Shown: piece after piece, positions 31,055 through 32,000 of the stretch
Numbering within the stretch: the first letter of the stretch is position 1
Layout of the letters: the number at the start of each line of letters is the position of its first letter
Assembly (NCBI RefSeq): GCF_000015225.1
Contig: NC_008698.1
Coordinates: 990,001-1,022,000, forward strand
Source of the DNA: Thermofilum pendens Hrk 5
Lineage (GTDB): Archaea; Thermoproteota; Thermoprotei; Thermofilales; Thermofilaceae
Length of the DNA stretch: 32,000 bases
Reading direction: 5' to 3'
Notes under the pieces: generated by a model
What the model was told of the DNA's origin: nothing
Database searches by the model: none
What the model saw: the letters and a program-made list of their open reading frames with translations, nothing else
Translations under genes and position numbers: made by a program

Positions 31055-32000
31055 ATGGGTGTACCGTACCTCTGGTTGGCGTTGCTGGTACCCTTAGCGG
31101 CGTCACTGGCCTCGCTGGCGTTAAAGAGCAGGAAAGCTCTAGCCGCGCTGAACTCCTCTGCCCTAGCGTTCTCGGCCGCCGTCCTCCTCCTACTCTACCT
31201 CACCAACGGCTCGAACAGGTGGTTCGACCCCCTCTCGTTCAAGCTGGGAAGCCTGGGGACTTTCTCGCTGGTTATGGACCCCATGGTATTCCTGGTAGCG
31301 TTCAGCGTGGCGGTTACAACCTCTGTCATCGCGCTCTACAGCTCCCCCTACATGGAGCATAGATTCGAGGAGCTTGAACGCGAAGGGGTCTCGGCGCCCG
31401 GGTGGGGGGCCTACTACTTCCTCTACACGCTCTTTGCCCTCTCGATGATGGGCACCGTCATGTCCACGAACATAATTGAGTTCTACGTGTTCCTCGAGCT
31501 AACGCTCATCCCCAGCTTCCTGCTGATAGCCTTCTACGGCTACGGCGAGAGGCTGAAGATAGCCATAATGTACCTCATCTGGACCCACGTGGGCGCCCTC
31601 CTCTTCCTCATAGGTGCGCTGACCGTGGGCTCCAAGGTGGGCTTCGACTTCGTAGATCCCGAGAAGGGCTTCCTCCTGGGGCTGGGCGAAGGCGTGGGCG
31701 TGCTCGCCTTCTGGCTTATGGTGGTAGGGCTCTCGGTGAAGCTAGCGGCGGCGGGCCTGCACATGTGGCTCCCCTACGCCCACGCTGAGGCCCCCACGCC
31801 CATCTCGGCGCTCCTAAGCCCGAACCTCATCGGGCTGGGAGGAGCGATGATGTTCCGCGTCGTCTACGTGCTTTTCCCGAAAACCTTCGCCGCCGCCTCG
31901 CCGGTACTGATGGCGTGGGCCCTCGTAACGATGATCTACGGCGGGCTTATGGCGCTGAGCCAGTCCGATTTCAAGAGGCTCCTCGCGTACAGTAGCATCA
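31055..32000 (+). CDS. nuoM: NuoM-like antiporter-type subunit, 3'-truncated by the window end
   Basis: This gene is not in the ORF track because it has no stop in the window. My hand translation from ATG 31055 gives 'MGVPYLWLALLVPLAAS...EFYVFLELTLIPSFLLIAFYGYGERLKIAIMYLIWTHVGALLFL...AAAGLHMWLPYAHAEAPTPISALLS...FKRLLAYSSI'. The 'EFYVFxELxLIP...YG..ER' block is NuoM-type rather than NuoL-type. Confidence 0.75.
   Translation, partial: MGVPYLWLALLVPLAASLASLALKSRKALAALNSSALAFSAAVLLLLYLTNGSNRWFDPLSFKLGSLGTFSLVMDPMVFLVAFSVAVTTSVIALYSSPYMEHRFEELEREGVSAPGWGAYYFLYTLFALSMMGTVMSTNIIEFYVFLELTLIPSFLLIAFYGYGERLKIAIMYLIWTHVGALLFLIGALTVGSKVGFDFVDPEKGFLLGLGEGVGVLAFWLMVVGLSVKLAAAGLHMWLPYAHAEAPTPISALLSPNLIGLGGAMMFRVVYVLFPKTFAAASPVLMAWALVTMIYGGLMALSQSDFKRLLAYSSI

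Noticed and set aside
1-32000. Scan for tRNA/rRNA genes, CRISPR repeats, IS elements with inverted repeats, integrases, toxin-antitoxin pairs and defence systems.
   Set aside because: I could not find any of these by eye. Every gap longer than 40 nt is an AT-rich promoter or terminator spacer, and no direct repeats of 20 nt or more were noticed. A computational repeat and covariance-model scan (tRNAscan-SE, Infernal, CRISPR finders) would be needed to exclude them formally.

Overview
This 32 kb window is about 60% G+C by eye and almost entirely coding. It has many GTG/TTG starts and 1-59 nt gene overlaps. AT-rich TATA-like islands sit 20-35 nt upstream of operon heads, and oligo-T tracts follow operon ends. 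These are the hallmarks of a hyperthermophilic crenarchaeal chromosome; my guess is Desulfurococcales/Pyrodictiaceae-like, which I cannot verify here. I call 36 CDS. I see no tRNA/rRNA, CRISPR, IS or prophage signatures. Gene order from the left is as follows. (1) A GHMP kinase (pantoate-kinase-like, 5'-partial), acylphosphatase and two tandem MoeA paralogues, the second fused to a PBP-like domain. (2) A MalEFG-like sugar ABC importer without an ATPase gene. (3) pstSCAB. (4) On the minus strand, a translationally coupled operon of CBS-less guaB-like, amidohydrolase and guaA. (5) Two AbrB-PhoU fusion regulators that face each other across a small island holding a ParB/Srx-like protein, a hypothetical protein and a mini-GNAT. 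(6) From 18.7 kb to the window end, two complex-I-family respiratory modules lie back to back on the + strand. The first module (18680-26081, 8 genes) is a group 4 [NiFe]-hydrogenase-type complex. Its fused NuoC-NuoD-like large subunit keeps all four Ni-Fe cysteines and a C-terminal maturation tail. Its ferredoxin subunit carries a NuoA-like 3-TM domain. Its gene order follows nuo rather than mbh/hyc. The second module (26243 to beyond 32000) is an archaeal-type nuoABCDHIJK plus M-like cluster. Its NuoD aligns without gaps to the hydrogenase large subunit and has all four cysteines replaced. By eye it also lacks the canonical quinone-binding Tyr. All functional calls rest on motif recognition by eye. 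No database search was possible.
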